A DNA stretch of 64,000 nucleotides from Candidatus Bathyarchaeota archaeon (GCA_963720565.1 CAVRFW010000003.1:64001-128000), one strand, 5' to 3'; shown: positions 33,439 through 43,547, counted from the stretch's first letter. Made by a program: numbers and translations. Notes: generated by a model not told the origin, from the sequence alone.

Positions 33439-34056
33439 TCAACCCACTATTTCTGCTTTAATTATTTTGACATCAGTTAGCGGCTTGTCACCATCGTCTG
33501 TTCCAACGTTTGATATATCGTCAACGACATTCATGCCCGAAATTACGGTTCCGAACACCGAGTGCTTGGTGTCTAGGTAATTGTTATCCACGACGTTAAT
33601 GAAGAATTGACTGCTTCCAGTATCTGGTTGCCCAGTATTTGCCATGGCTACAGTGCCGCGAGCATTCAGGTTGCTGCCGCTCAGTTCATCTTCAATATTG
33701 GGGATTGAGGGATCCCCGTATCCAGTACCAGTCGGGTCACCGCCTTGAATCATAAAACCAGCGATGACTCGGTGAAAAATTGTGTTGTCATACAAACCCT
33801 GTTGAACAAGGTTCTTGAAATTTCCGGTTGTTATAGGTCTGTCGTTTCGCAGTTGTATAGTGATGTTGCCCATGGTTGTTTGAAGCAGCACTGTTCCAGC
33901 GTTGTTTGAGCCATTTGAACCAACATACCCTGACATGTACAACACTACAATCACGATTGCCACTACCACACATAAACCTATTGCAAGGGGCAGTGTCCTA
34001 TTTTTGCGAGAGCCTTTTTTAGTCGCTTTGCTTTTGCGAGATTTATGGGAATTCAT
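33439..34056 (-). CDS. Cyclophilin-type peptidyl-prolyl isomerase with N-terminal membrane anchor
   Basis: FHRVIAGFMIQGGDP, AMAN.G.PDT.SSQFFIN; basic N-terminus followed by a hydrophobic helix. Confidence 0.92.
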   Translation of the reverse strand: MNSHKSRKSKATKKGSRKNRTLPLAIGLCVVVAIVIVVLYMSGYVGSNGSNNAGTVLLQTTMGNITIQLRNDRPITTGNFKNLVQQGLYDNTIFHRVIAGFMIQGGDPTGTGYGDPSIPNIEDELSGSNLNARGTVAMANTGQPDTGSSQFFINVVDNNYLDTKHSVFGTVISGMNVVDDISNVGTDDGDKPLTDVKIIKAEIVG

Positions 34057-34152
34057 AGCTCAAAGAATTGAACGTTTTTTATTTAAATGTTTATCGATTT
34101 AGGAATTCATGCATCTGTGCGCTTCAGCTGAAATAGCCTCGCTGCAATCGTG

Positions 34153-35223
34153 TTAGCATATTCTAGGAACTGGGTCCCCTACGGGTTTTGCGATTATCCG
34201 TTTGCCTCCTACAACCGTCTGCATTGCCACGCCTTTGAACTCCTTTGTCACTTCTCCGATTATTTCCGCGTTTTTGCCTTCATCTGTATTCTTCAGCCAG
34301 TTTCGAACCTGCTTGGCCTTGGCTGGTACAACACCGATTATGATTTTTCCTTCGTTTCCGATTTCAAGGGGGTCCAAGCCCAACATTTCGCACGCCGCAC
34401 GAACATCTTCTCTGATCGGAATTTTGTCTTCATTGATCAGTATGCCTACTTGGGATTTTTCGCTTAACTCGTTCAGAGCATCAGCTAATCCGCCACGTGT
34501 CGGGTCTTTCATAGCCGTGACTCCGCCGATTTCGCCCAGCAGATTCTGAATCATTCTATTCAGTGGTTTGACATCGGATTTTATTTCGCTCCCGAAGGAT
34601 AATCCTTGCTGGGCTGAAAGTACAGCCAAACCATGATCGCCTATAGTCCCTGACAGGATAATCTTGTCACCAATGCTCAGATTAGAGTCGAGAACCCAAC
34701 GGGGCTTGAAATCATTTCGGTACTGCTTCACTACTCTAAGGTTGGTTTCCAACGCTGCAGTTCTTCTTCCAATTCCCGAAACGTTCATTACGCAACCACC
34801 TAAACTTCCTTTCTCGACAACTTTAGTGTCTCCAGTGACTATGCCGACGTTCGCTTCAGCACAAGTCTGCTGCATGCTCAATAGAATCCGTTCCAAGTCA
34901 GAAATAGCCAAGCCCTCTTCTAGAATCAAGCCGCATGCCAAGGCGTAAGGCTCAGCTCCCAAAACTGCGATGTCATTCACGGTACCAGAAATGGCGATAC
35001 GGCCAATATCTCCACCTGGAAAAAATATGGGCTTAACCGCGTGTGAATCGCTCTTAAGAACAATGTCGCCAACAACGGCCGCGTCATCCATAGCTTCAAG
35101 CGGAACCTCAGCGTTCGTGCATGATTCCCCAAAATACTTCACAATGTAGTTCTTAACGAGGTTGTGCATAACGGTGCCACCTGCACCATGCAACATTGTG
35201 ATTGCGCCTTTCTTGTCGGACAT
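34153..35223 (-). CDS. hypE: Hydrogenase maturation carbamoyl dehydratase
   Basis: HGAGG, FFPGGDIG, TGDTKVV, DPTRGG, C-terminal PRIC. Confidence 0.96.
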   Translation of the reverse strand: MSDKKGAITMLHGAGGTVMHNLVKNYIVKYFGESCTNAEVPLEAMDDAAVVGDIVLKSDSHAVKPIFFPGGDIGRIAISGTVNDIAVLGAEPYALACGLILEEGLAISDLERILLSMQQTCAEANVGIVTGDTKVVEKGSLGGCVMNVSGIGRRTAALETNLRVVKQYRNDFKPRWVLDSNLSIGDKIILSGTIGDHGLAVLSAQQGLSFGSEIKSDVKPLNRMIQNLLGEIGGVTAMKDPTRGGLADALNELSEKSQVGILINEDKIPIREDVRAACEMLGLDPLEIGNEGKIIIGVVPAKAKQVRNWLKNTDEGKNAEIIGEVTKEFKGVAMQTVVGGKRIIAKPVGDPVPRIC

Positions 35224-35543
35224 TCTTCGTCCTACTCCTTTGCAGTTTAGATAAGTAACCTCATACGTGAAACATAAACACATCGCAGAAACGTCGACCA
35301 TGACAAATTTGGTGTATTACTGAAACCTTCCCGTCTGAATCAGTAGAATCTAATCTGTAAGCTTCGCAGACTTGGGATAACTATAAAAGACAATTCATCC
35401 TCCAGGATACGTACACCTCACGTCCGTAGTTGCCCCCAATGGGGACGCATACGTTTCAGTTTAGTCTGAAAACCTAGTTGTGATACGGAAAGCCATATAA
35501 ATCGCCATTACGCTGTTGAAATGCGCAGTTGGAGAATAGACAA

Positions 35544-36029
35544 ATGCCAAAATGGGGATACTCAGTAGTAGCTGAAGAATTAGATCCTGAAAAAACAGCG
35601 AAAGCCAGTGGTCGAGAACTCAGGGTATCCCATAAATCTGCCCGCGAAGTGTGCAGATCAGTCAAGGGCATGATGCTTTCTAACGCAAAAGCATACCTCA
35701 GAGACGTGCTGGACAAGAAGAGAGCCGTTCCTTTTAGGAGATACACAAAGAAAATTGGGCACCGTCACGGTCTGGAAAAAACCTTTGCAGGAAGATACCC
35801 CGTAAAAGCTGCTAAACAAGTATTGAATGTGATTGAAGCTGCAGAAGCCAACGCTGAAAATAAAGGCTTAGATGTAGACAAACTTCGAATATTGCACGCT
35901 GCTGCCTATCAAGGTATGAAAATTAAACGGTTCACTCCCAGAGCTCAGGGGAGAGCTTCACCGAACTACGATACTACAACGCATGTAGAAATTGTCTTAG
36001 ACGAGAAACCTGGACAAGGAGAGGCATAG
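35544..36029 (+). CDS. rpl22: 50S ribosomal protein uL22
   Basis: VPFRRY, GRYPVKAA, PRAQGRA, HVEIVL. Confidence 0.96.
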   Translation: MPKWGYSVVAEELDPEKTAKASGRELRVSHKSAREVCRSVKGMMLSNAKAYLRDVLDKKRAVPFRRYTKKIGHRHGLEKTFAGRYPVKAAKQVLNVIEAAEANAENKGLDVDKLRILHAAAYQGMKIKRFTPRAQGRASPNYDTTTHVEIVLDEKPGQGEA

Positions 36030-36031
36030 TC

Positions 36032-36796
36032 ATGTCCATAGTTAAGCGTTTTATTACAGAATCAATAAAGAGAACAGAAATTGACGAATTCTTGCAAAAG
36101 AAACTTGAACGCGCCGGTTATGGTGGCGTAAATCTTTCTAAAACTCCTCTTGGGACTCATGTTGTAATATATGCTATGCGGCCAGGTTTGGTCATTGGAC
36201 GTGGCGGAGAAACCATCAAAGAACTGGCCACTTCTTTGGAGCAGACTTTTAAGGTTACAAACCCGCAGATTTCGGTTTCAGAGATCGAGGTTCCTGAATT
36301 CAACGCTTATGTTGTTGCAGCCCGTGTCGCCTCAGCGTTACAGCGGGGAGTTCACTTTAGGCGCGCTGGATTTTGGGCTCTAAATCAGGTTATGGATGCA
36401 GGAGCCTTAGGCGCAGAAATCGTAATAAGTGGGAAATTGCGTACAGAACGTGCTCGGTTCGAAAAATTCCGTGCAGGTTATTTCCCGAGGTGCGGTGAAC
36501 CAGCATTACGTTTTATGAAGAAGGCTGAAGTTCACGTTCAACTTAAACCAGGTATAATTGGTGTAAGAGTCAAGCTTATGCCTCCGGATGCTCAGTTTCC
36601 AGACAAGATTCGTATAGTTCAAGAACTGCCGCCTGAAGAGAAAACAGAAGAACCTGTGATTGAGCAACAAGAGCAAGAAGTGGCAGAAGTCTCCGAACTG
36701 AAACCCTCTGAACAAGAAGCAGTGGAGCAGGCAACCGACAAAGTTGCCGTAACTGAAACAGAGAAGACTGAAGCTGGTGAGGAGGCAAAAGAATAG
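36032..36796 (+). CDS. rps3: 30S ribosomal protein uS3 with acidic C-terminal tail
   Basis: RAGYGG, RPGLVIGRGG KH domain, GALGAEI.ISGKL. Confidence 0.97.
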   Translation: MSIVKRFITESIKRTEIDEFLQKKLERAGYGGVNLSKTPLGTHVVIYAMRPGLVIGRGGETIKELATSLEQTFKVTNPQISVSEIEVPEFNAYVVAARVASALQRGVHFRRAGFWALNQVMDAGALGAEIVISGKLRTERARFEKFRAGYFPRCGEPALRFMKKAEVHVQLKPGIIGVRVKLMPPDAQFPDKIRIVQELPPEEKTEEPVIEQQEQEVAEVSELKPSEQEAVEQATDKVAVTETEKTEAGEEAKE

Positions 36797-37078
36797 ATGC
36801 CTATCCTAAGGATGAAAGAAATCGATGCCATGTCCTCCGAGGATAGAGCAAAGAAACTCTCTGAACTCAGGGCGGAACTGGCGCGACTTAGAACAATGGT
36901 TAGGGCAGGTGGCGCCGTAGAAAATCCCGCTAGAATAAGGGGACTGCGAAAAACAATTGCTCAAATACTTACCATAGAGACTGAAAAGAAACTAGGTATC
37001 AGGAAGACAGAAGAAAAACCTGCAAAGAAAGCTGCAAAAGCAAAGAAAACCAAGGAGAAGGTGCAGAAAACCCAATGA
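36797..37078 (+). CDS. rpl29: 50S ribosomal protein uL29
   Basis: LR.KEI..M, ENPARIR.LRKTIAQILT. Confidence 0.95.
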   Translation: MPILRMKEIDAMSSEDRAKKLSELRAELARLRTMVRAGGAVENPARIRGLRKTIAQILTIETEKKLGIRKTEEKPAKKAAKAKKTKEKVQKTQ

Positions 37079-37356
37079 AAGTAACTCCTGACATCATACG
37101 TAGTGAATTCATTGGAACTGAAGGCAAGATTTCCAAAAGCCACCATAAGGGATACGTTGGGATAGTCGGAGAAGTAATCGATGAAACAAAAAACACATTC
37201 ACAATAATGCACAGGGGCAAGGCAAAGAGCATAGTGAAAGATCAGGCGGTTTTTAGCTTCAAATTTTCCAACGGAACAATTGTTGAAACTGAAGGTAGGC
37301 TCTTAACCGGAAGGTCTGAAGACCGTCTCAAAAAAAGTATTAAGAGGTTATGGTAA
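37075..37356 (+). CDS. rnp1: Ribonuclease P protein component 1 (p29/Pop4)
   Basis: EFIG, G.VIDETKNT, GRSEDRLKK; canonical operon position. Confidence 0.92.
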   Translation: MKVTPDIIRSEFIGTEGKISKSHHKGYVGIVGEVIDETKNTFTIMHRGKAKSIVKDQAVFSFKFSNGTIVETEGRLLTGRSEDRLKKSIKRLW

Positions 37357-37673
37357 TGTCTCTAACTTTCAAGAAACCCAAGAAATCTTGTGACGATCGG
37401 GATTGTCCATTCCATGGTTCTCTTTCTGTAAGAGGGCGTGTTCTTGATGGCGTCGTCGTCACTGCAAAGATGGACAAGACAGTTGTTGTAGAACGTGAGT
37501 ATCTGCAGTTCTCAACAAAGTTTGTGCGATATGAGCGCAGGCGGGGTCACATTCCTTCGCATAACCCGCCCTGTGTAGATGCAAAAGAAGGAGACCGCGT
37601 GCGGATTGCGGAGTGCAGGCCAGTCAGCAAAACAGTAGCTTTTGTTGTTGTTGAAAAACTGGGGGAAAAGTAG
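37356..37673 (+). CDS. rps17: 30S ribosomal protein uS17
   Basis: CDDRDCPFHG, KMDKTVVV, ECRPVSKT. Confidence 0.96.
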   Translation: MSLTFKKPKKSCDDRDCPFHGSLSVRGRVLDGVVVTAKMDKTVVVEREYLQFSTKFVRYERRRGHIPSHNPPCVDAKEGDRVRIAECRPVSKTVAFVVVEKLGEK

Positions 37674-37674
37674 A

Positions 37675-38115
37675 TTGGCAGCTAAGGCTAAACAGCGTGC
37701 TCTCATAGCTAAAGGAATGCTCGGGCACGGTCAGAAAATCTCTCGTGGATTACTGGCAGGCTCAGCTTTGAGGTGCACAGATAACACAGGCGCTCGTGTT
37801 TTGCGTCTTATCCAAGCAATGGGGTATAAAGGCAGATTGAGACGTTATCCGTCAGCCACGGTTGGGGACAAGGTAACAGTTTCTGTGAGACAGGGATCTC
37901 CAGACATGAAGAAGAAGATTTTTCAAGCGGTCATCGTGCGCCAGAGAAAGTCTTACAGAAGAATTGATGGTATTTGGGTTCAGTTTGAAGACAATGCAGC
38001 TGTCATAATTACGCCTGATGGCGAAATGAAAGGCTCAGAAATCCGCGGACCTGTTGCAAGAGAAGCTGCTGAAAGGTGGCCTAGAATAGCTAGCGCTTCA
38101 AGCATGATAGTGTAG
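37675..38115 (+). CDS. rpl14: 50S ribosomal protein uL14 (TTG start)
   Basis: DNTGAR, FEDNAAVI, GPVAREAAERWPRIAS. Confidence 0.96.
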   Translation: MAAKAKQRALIAKGMLGHGQKISRGLLAGSALRCTDNTGARVLRLIQAMGYKGRLRRYPSATVGDKVTVSVRQGSPDMKKKIFQAVIVRQRKSYRRIDGIWVQFEDNAAVIITPDGEMKGSEIRGPVAREAAERWPRIASASSMIV

Positions 38116-38126
38116 GTGAAAAACTG

Positions 38127-38840
38127 ATGCAAAAAACAAGACAAGTTAAAAACCCGCGGAAACAGAGAAAATTTCTCCATAATGCGCCTGCTCACCTGCG
38201 CCACAAACTTATGGCAGCTCCGCTTTCTAAAGAGCTTGTAGCTTCAAAAGGTGCTAAAACTCTTCCGGTTAGGAAGGGTGACACAATTCGTATAATGCGC
38301 GGAGACCATGTAGGATTCGAAGGAAAAGTCTCACGGATAGACCTGAAGCGTTACCGCATTTTCGTTGAAGGCTTGACACGGGAAAAGGTGGACGGAACAA
38401 ACATATTCGTTGCAGTACATCCATCCAAAGTGATGATAAAAGGCTTAAATCTTGATGACAAATGGCGAAAAGCAATCCTTGAAAGAAAGCACGCGCTAGA
38501 ACTTCCCCAAAGAATAGAGGTAGCAACCGTTAGGCCAGCAAAGAAAACCGCCAAAACGAAAGAGGAAAAACCAGTTGAGAAGGCAAAAGACGCTCCGATG
38601 GAGGAAAAGCTGCCAGAAGAGAAGCCGACGGTTAAAACCAAAGCAGCAGGGAAGAAAACAGCAGCGAAGAAAGAAGAGCTAACTACAACTGAAGGCAAAC
38701 CCGCTCAAAGAAAAAGGAAAGAAAAAGCGCAAACTGCAAAGGCGAAATCCGCTGACAAAGAAAAGAAGCCAAAGGCAGCAACAAAGAAAACGCCTGCGAA
38801 ACGAAAGGCAATTGCTTCTGAAAAAGAAGGAGGAACGTAG
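38127..38840 (+). CDS. rpl24: 50S ribosomal protein uL24 with long Lys/Ala/Glu-rich C-terminal extension
   Basis: PRKQRK, RKGD.IRIMRG...G.EGKV, HPSKVMI. Confidence 0.95.
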   Translation: MQKTRQVKNPRKQRKFLHNAPAHLRHKLMAAPLSKELVASKGAKTLPVRKGDTIRIMRGDHVGFEGKVSRIDLKRYRIFVEGLTREKVDGTNIFVAVHPSKVMIKGLNLDDKWRKAILERKHALELPQRIEVATVRPAKKTAKTKEEKPVEKAKDAPMEEKLPEEKPTVKTKAAGKKTAAKKEELTTTEGKPAQRKRKEKAQTAKAKSADKEKKPKAATKKTPAKRKAIASEKEGGT

Positions 38841-38842
38841 TT

Positions 38843-39610
38843 ATGGGAAAGAAAGGAAAAACTGGAAGGCTTAAACGCAAACCAGCACCAAGGTTCTGGC
38901 CAATCCACAGAAAAGAGTTCCAATGGATAGTGAAACCTTCACCTGGACCGCATTCACTAGAAAAATGTCTCCCGCTGTCCATAGTCCTCCGGGATATTTT
39001 CGGAGTAGCTGAAACCCGGAGAGAGGCAAAGACAATTGTTGCTCAGGAGAAAGTCTATGTTGATGGAAAAGCAAGACGCAGGGACGATTTTCCAGTCGGG
39101 TTGATGGATATCATTTCCATGCCAGTCACGAACAAGTTCTACAGAGTCTTGCCTACTCACAAAGGTTTATCGCCTATACAAGTCAACAAAGAAGAAGCTT
39201 CTTTCAAACTGCTTAGAGTGGAAGACCAAATAATCGGAAGGAACGGAGCCGTGCAATTTGCTTTTCATGATGGTTCAAACATGCGCGTTAAAACGGAGGA
39301 TTCGAAAAACCCACCTTCTGTTTCATACGCAACTTTTGATGTACTGAAGGTGGGTCTCCCAGACAAGCAAATAATCGCTAGTCTGAAAACAAAAGAAGGT
39401 AACTCCGCTGTTATAACTGGTGGAAAGAACATCGGAAAGCAAGGCAAAATAGTGGAGATTGAAAAGACTGAAGCCAAGAAACGCCGAAATGCCCTAGTAA
39501 TAGTCGAGGACAAAGATGGAAATCGTTACCAAACAATTTTGGATTTTGTCTTCTCAATTGGAGAAAATGCACCGTTGATAACTTTGCCGGAGGAAGCGAA
39601 AGTTGTCTGA
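38843..39610 (+). CDS. rps4e: 30S ribosomal protein eS4
   Basis: LKR..APRFWPI, PSPGPH, FPVGLMD, ITGGKNIG. Confidence 0.96.
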   Translation: MGKKGKTGRLKRKPAPRFWPIHRKEFQWIVKPSPGPHSLEKCLPLSIVLRDIFGVAETRREAKTIVAQEKVYVDGKARRRDDFPVGLMDIISMPVTNKFYRVLPTHKGLSPIQVNKEEASFKLLRVEDQIIGRNGAVQFAFHDGSNMRVKTEDSKNPPSVSYATFDVLKVGLPDKQIIASLKTKEGNSAVITGGKNIGKQGKIVEIEKTEAKKRRNALVIVEDKDGNRYQTILDFVFSIGENAPLITLPEEAKVV

Positions 39611-40142
39611 AGACGTTGAAGTTAAGAAGTGGGATGAGCAGCCAATGCTCAAACCCAGAATTGAAAAAGTAGTAGTTAATCTTAACGTGGGTAAATCAGG
39701 TGAACCCCTGGAGAAGGCTACTAGAGTCTTGAAGGAGATAACGGGCCAGCTTCCTGTCAAGAGAAATGCCAAGAATACGATTAGGGATTTTGGCATAAGG
39801 AAAGGAGAACCTATAGCGTGTACCGTAACTTTGCGAAAACAAAAAGCCATCGACTTTCTGAAAAAGGTTCTTCCAGTTGTCGACAATAAGATTTCCCGCT
39901 CGTCTTTTGATGTTCAAGGCAACTTCGCCTTTGGTCTCAAAGAACACATAGAAATTGTAGGTGTGAAATATGATCCTGATGTGGGGATTTTCGGTATGGA
40001 TGTATGTGTCGCCGTGAACCGCCCGGGGCAAAGAGTAAAAACTAGACGGAAACAAAAAACCCGTGTCGGACGTACGCATGTATTAACTCCTGAAGAATCG
40101 GTTGTTTTCATTAGGCAGACTTTAGGAGTTGAAATTTCTTAA
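39603..40142 (+). CDS. rpl5: 50S ribosomal protein uL5
   Basis: [31 protein letters not shown]. Confidence 0.97.
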   Translation: MSEDVEVKKWDEQPMLKPRIEKVVVNLNVGKSGEPLEKATRVLKEITGQLPVKRNAKNTIRDFGIRKGEPIACTVTLRKQKAIDFLKKVLPVVDNKISRSSFDVQGNFAFGLKEHIEIVGVKYDPDVGIFGMDVCVAVNRPGQRVKTRRKQKTRVGRTHVLTPEESVVFIRQTLGVEIS

Positions 40143-40158
40143 ACTAGAAGGGAAGCTT

Positions 40159-40323
40159 ATGGGAAAACAACAAGTGAAAAAAGAACGAAAATACGGCAAA
40201 GGCGCACGACCTTGCGTCAGGTGTGGTTCATACGGACCAGTTATCCGACGTTACGATTTATATTTGTGCAGGCACTGTTTTAGGGAAGCGGCTCCAAAGC
40301 TTGGCTTCAAAAAATACGAGTAA
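40159..40323 (+). CDS. rps14: 30S ribosomal protein uS14
   Basis: CVRCG....[20 protein letters not shown]. Confidence 0.96.
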   Translation: MGKQQVKKERKYGKGARPCVRCGSYGPVIRRYDLYLCRHCFREAAPKLGFKKYE

Positions 40324-40335
40324 TGGTGTTGTGGT

Positions 40336-40719
40336 ATGGACACGCTGACAAATGGCTTAATAACCATAATAAATAACGAAATGCGCAACAAGCGAGAATG
40401 CATAATCAGTCCTGCGTCTAAACTATTGGGTCGTGTGTTGAGGATTATGCAGCTGAACGGTTACATAGGCGAATTCGAGTTTATCGATGATGGGCGATCT
40501 GGCAAGTTCAAGGTGCAACTTCTGGGAAGGATAAACAAGTGTGGTGCCGTTAAACCGCGCTTTTCGGTCAAGTTGGGCGAGTTTGAGACTTGGGAGAAAA
40601 AGTTCCTGCCGTCGAGAAACGTTGGAATCATGGTAGTTTCGACCTCTAAGGGTGTAATAGCCCACAGAGATGCTGAAGAGAAGAACTTGGGAGGCAGGTT
40701 GCTAGCCTTCGTATACTAA
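40336..40719 (+). CDS. rps8: 30S ribosomal protein uS8
   Basis: GYIGEFEFIDDGRSG, GRINKCG, STSKGV, GGRLLAFVY. Confidence 0.97.
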   Translation: MDTLTNGLITIINNEMRNKRECIISPASKLLGRVLRIMQLNGYIGEFEFIDDGRSGKFKVQLLGRINKCGAVKPRFSVKLGEFETWEKKFLPSRNVGIMVVSTSKGVIAHRDAEEKNLGGRLLAFVY

Positions 40720-40733
40720 AATGGGTGTTTTTG

Positions 40734-41279
40734 ATGCGACTACCAGAAATCTCCAAGACGATTAACGTTCCTGAAAGTGTGATAATCACTTTGGAGGGAC
40801 GAAAAGTGACCGTTGAAGGCGAAAAGGGCACCTTGGTTCGCGATTTCTCTTTTGTTCCCATATCCATTGAAGCTAACGGCAAAACCGTCCGCGTTTGGGC
40901 TGAATGGCCTCGCAAGAAGGAAGCCGCTTTGGTCGGAACTATTCATTCCCATATTAAGAACATGATTAGCGGTGTCCAGAAGGGATTCACATACAAGCTA
41001 AAAATCGTGTTTTCCCACTTTCCGATTTCTGTTAAGGTTCAGGGTAGAACATTGTTTATTGAAAACTTCACTGGCGAACGTAGAGAACGCAAAGTGAAGT
41101 TAATCGGTGATGTAAAAGTAAAAATTCAAAGCGAAGACATAATTGTAGAAGGCGTGAACCTGGAGGATGTTAGCCAAACTGCCGCTAACATTGAACAGGC
41201 TACCAAAGTAAAGAGCAAGGATCCGCGTGTCTTTCTGGACGGCATTTACGTTTTTGAACGAAACGAGGGGATAGAGTAG
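40734..41279 (+). CDS. rpl6: 50S ribosomal protein uL6
   Basis: SHIKNMI.GV, SHFPI, QTAANIEQ, KDPRVFLDGIY. Confidence 0.97.
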   Translation: MRLPEISKTINVPESVIITLEGRKVTVEGEKGTLVRDFSFVPISIEANGKTVRVWAEWPRKKEAALVGTIHSHIKNMISGVQKGFTYKLKIVFSHFPISVKVQGRTLFIENFTGERRERKVKLIGDVKVKIQSEDIIVEGVNLEDVSQTAANIEQATKVKSKDPRVFLDGIYVFERNEGIE

Positions 41280-41815
41280 TGTCGGAACGAAAGATACCAA
41301 TCTCGAAGAAAGCTCTGAAGACTCGCGAAAGAGCTAAAAACAAGAAACCAAGCTTCGTTAGACCTGAAAGCTGGCGTTATGACAAGTTCAGCGAAAGCTG
41401 GCGTCGACCTCGCGGACTGGATAACAAGATGCGGCGCAAAATCAAGGGGTGGCCGCCTACCGTAAGCACAGGCTATAAGGGACCCAAAATTGCTCGAGGC
41501 CTTCATCCATCCGGATACCGTGAAGTTATGGTGCACAATGTCGACGACATAGCAAAGGTTGACCCTGCAACTCAAGCTGCCAGAATAGCGCACACGGTTG
41601 GAATGAGGAAGAGGGCACAGATAATAGCTCAAGCCAAGAAACGTAAGGTTTATGTCTTGAATTTTAAGGTGATTAAGGAGTCTCCTCAGAAAGAGACGGT
41701 TGCCGAACAAAAGGAGCCGGAGACATCTAAGTCGCAAAAGAAACCTGCGAAAAAGGCTGACAAACCAAAAAAAGAGTCAAAGAAAACTAAAACGGAGAAA
41801 GGTGCTAAAGAATGA
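41279..41815 (+). CDS. rpl32e: 50S ribosomal protein eL32 with Lys-rich tail
   Basis: KKP.F.R, WRRPRG.DNKMR, RGLHPSG. Confidence 0.96.
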   Translation: MSERKIPISKKALKTRERAKNKKPSFVRPESWRYDKFSESWRRPRGLDNKMRRKIKGWPPTVSTGYKGPKIARGLHPSGYREVMVHNVDDIAKVDPATQAARIAHTVGMRKRAQIIAQAKKRKVYVLNFKVIKESPQKETVAEQKEPETSKSQKKPAKKADKPKKESKKTKTEKGAKE

Positions 41816-42267
41816 CTAATCTAAGTGGTCAGAGACGTTTGGCAGCTGAGATACTAAAAGTCGGCCAAAACCGAGTGTGGATTAACCCTGAACGGATTGA
41901 AGATGTTGAGGGAGCCATTACCAGAGAAGAAATAAGAAAGCTTGTTCATGAGAAAATCATTGTGCCTTTGCCTGAAAAAGGCGTTAGCAGATCTCGGGCA
42001 AAAACAGTTCAGGAAAAGAAACACAGGGGTCGACGCAAGGGCGTAGGTAGCTATACTGGCTCTGGACGGGCACGTGTTACCAAGAAAGAAGCTTGGATGA
42101 TAAAGATTCGATCGCTAAGGAAAAAACTTCGCGAGCTAAAGGCGAGCAGGGTCATCACTGAAACCACTTACAGGCAGTTGTATAAGATGGCGAGCAGTGG
42201 AAGGTTCGAATCTATTGCAGATTTGGTGCGGTACTTGAAGGCTCATGAATTGTGGAGGAAACGTTAA
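41812..42267 (+). CDS. rpl19e: 50S ribosomal protein eL19
   Basis: QRRLAAEILKVG..RVW, AITREEIR, WM.KIR.LR. Confidence 0.96.
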   Translation: MTNLSGQRRLAAEILKVGQNRVWINPERIEDVEGAITREEIRKLVHEKIIVPLPEKGVSRSRAKTVQEKKHRGRRKGVGSYTGSGRARVTKKEAWMIKIRSLRKKLRELKASRVITETTYRQLYKMASSGRFESIADLVRYLKAHELWRKR

Positions 42268-42905
42268 TGGGTCATGGGGCAACATATCGTGTGGCGCCAA
42301 GACGTAGGCGAGAGGGAAAAACAGACTATCAGGCGAGAAAGGCATTGGTTCTTTATGGGAAACCTCGTCTCGTAGCTAGGGGTACATCAAAAAACATTGT
42401 CGCCCAACTTATCGCTGCTAAGCCTCATGGTGACGAAGTGTTGGCTTCAGCGCACAGTCGAGAGTTAGTCAAGTTCGGATGGAAAGCTCCTAAGGGTAAT
42501 GTCCCGGCAGCTTATCTAACTGGTCTTTTGTGCGGGCTGAAGGCTAAGAAAAAAGGTGTAGAGTCGGCGAATCTGGATATTGGGCTGGTGTCTCCTGCCA
42601 GAGGCTCTAGGATTTTCGCTGTTTTGAGCGGGGTTGTCGATGCAGGTGTTAATGTACCTCATGATGAGGCGAAAATCGTAAAGGAGCGGATTAAAGGAGA
42701 TCACATTGCAAAATATGGGAAGAGTCTAGGGGTTGACACTGAGGTTTACTCGGCAAGATTTTCAAAGTACTTGGAGCAAAAACTGTCTCCTGAAAAAATT
42801 CCTGACCACATTGCTAAAGTCAAAGCCGAAATCGTCAGTTCGTTTACGCAGGAAACTAAGAAGGATGAAAAGAAGACTGTTAGGAAGAAGGTTAAGAAAG
42901 AATGA
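42267..42905 (+). CDS. rpl18: 50S ribosomal protein uL18
   Basis: RRRREGKTDY, N.PAAYLTGLL.G, LDIGL. Confidence 0.96.
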   Translation: MGHGATYRVAPRRRREGKTDYQARKALVLYGKPRLVARGTSKNIVAQLIAAKPHGDEVLASAHSRELVKFGWKAPKGNVPAAYLTGLLCGLKAKKKGVESANLDIGLVSPARGSRIFAVLSGVVDAGVNVPHDEAKIVKERIKGDHIAKYGKSLGVDTEVYSARFSKYLEQKLSPEKIPDHIAKVKAEIVSSFTQETKKDEKKTVRKKVKKE

Positions 42906-43546
42906 GTCGCTATAAGGAAAGAGAAACAACCCGCTCAGAAGAGTGGGTTCCCAAAACCCGCCTGGGCAAGATGATTCAGGAAGGCAAAATAACATCCATA
43001 GATGAGGTCTTCTTGAGTGGACTAAAAATTTCAGAGTCACAAATTGTTGACTCGTTGCTTCCCGACTTACAGGAGGAAGTAATTAATGTTAACTTGGTTC
43101 AGAAGCAGACAGATGCGGGTGAAAAATCCCGGTTTAAAGCCATCGTTGCAGTGGGTAACAGGGACGGCTATATCGGCTTAGGCGCTGGGAAGGCAAGCCA
43201 AGTCAGAAACGCTATTGAGAAGGCTGCAGCGAATGCAAGATTGAATATTGTTCCAGTCAAACGCGGATGTGGAAGTTGGGAGTGCGGTTGTGGAAAACCT
43301 CATTCGGTGCCGTTCCAAGTTGAGGGTCAATGTGGAGGCGTCAGAGTAGTCATTGTTCCAGGGCCGAGAGGTTTAGGTCTAGTATCGAGTGAAGTTGCAA
43401 AGGTCATTCTGAGTCTAGCTGGCGTGAGCGACCTTTGGATGAGAAGCTATGGTTCGACTAGAACGGTACCATCTTACGCTTACGCCATTTTTGATGCGCT
43501 ACGGAAGTCCTACAGTTTGATTACTCAAGCGGATTGGGTGAAGTAG
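42902..43546 (+). CDS. rps5: 30S ribosomal protein uS5
   Basis: WVPKTRLG, QKQTDAG, RGCGSWEC.CG.PHS, PGPRGLGL. Confidence 0.97.
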   Translation: MSRYKERETTRSEEWVPKTRLGKMIQEGKITSIDEVFLSGLKISESQIVDSLLPDLQEEVINVNLVQKQTDAGEKSRFKAIVAVGNRDGYIGLGAGKASQVRNAIEKAAANARLNIVPVKRGCGSWECGCGKPHSVPFQVEGQCGGVRVVIVPGPRGLGLVSSEVAKVILSLAGVSDLWMRSYGSTRTVPSYAYAIFDALRKSYSLITQADWVK

Positions 43547-43547
43547 T

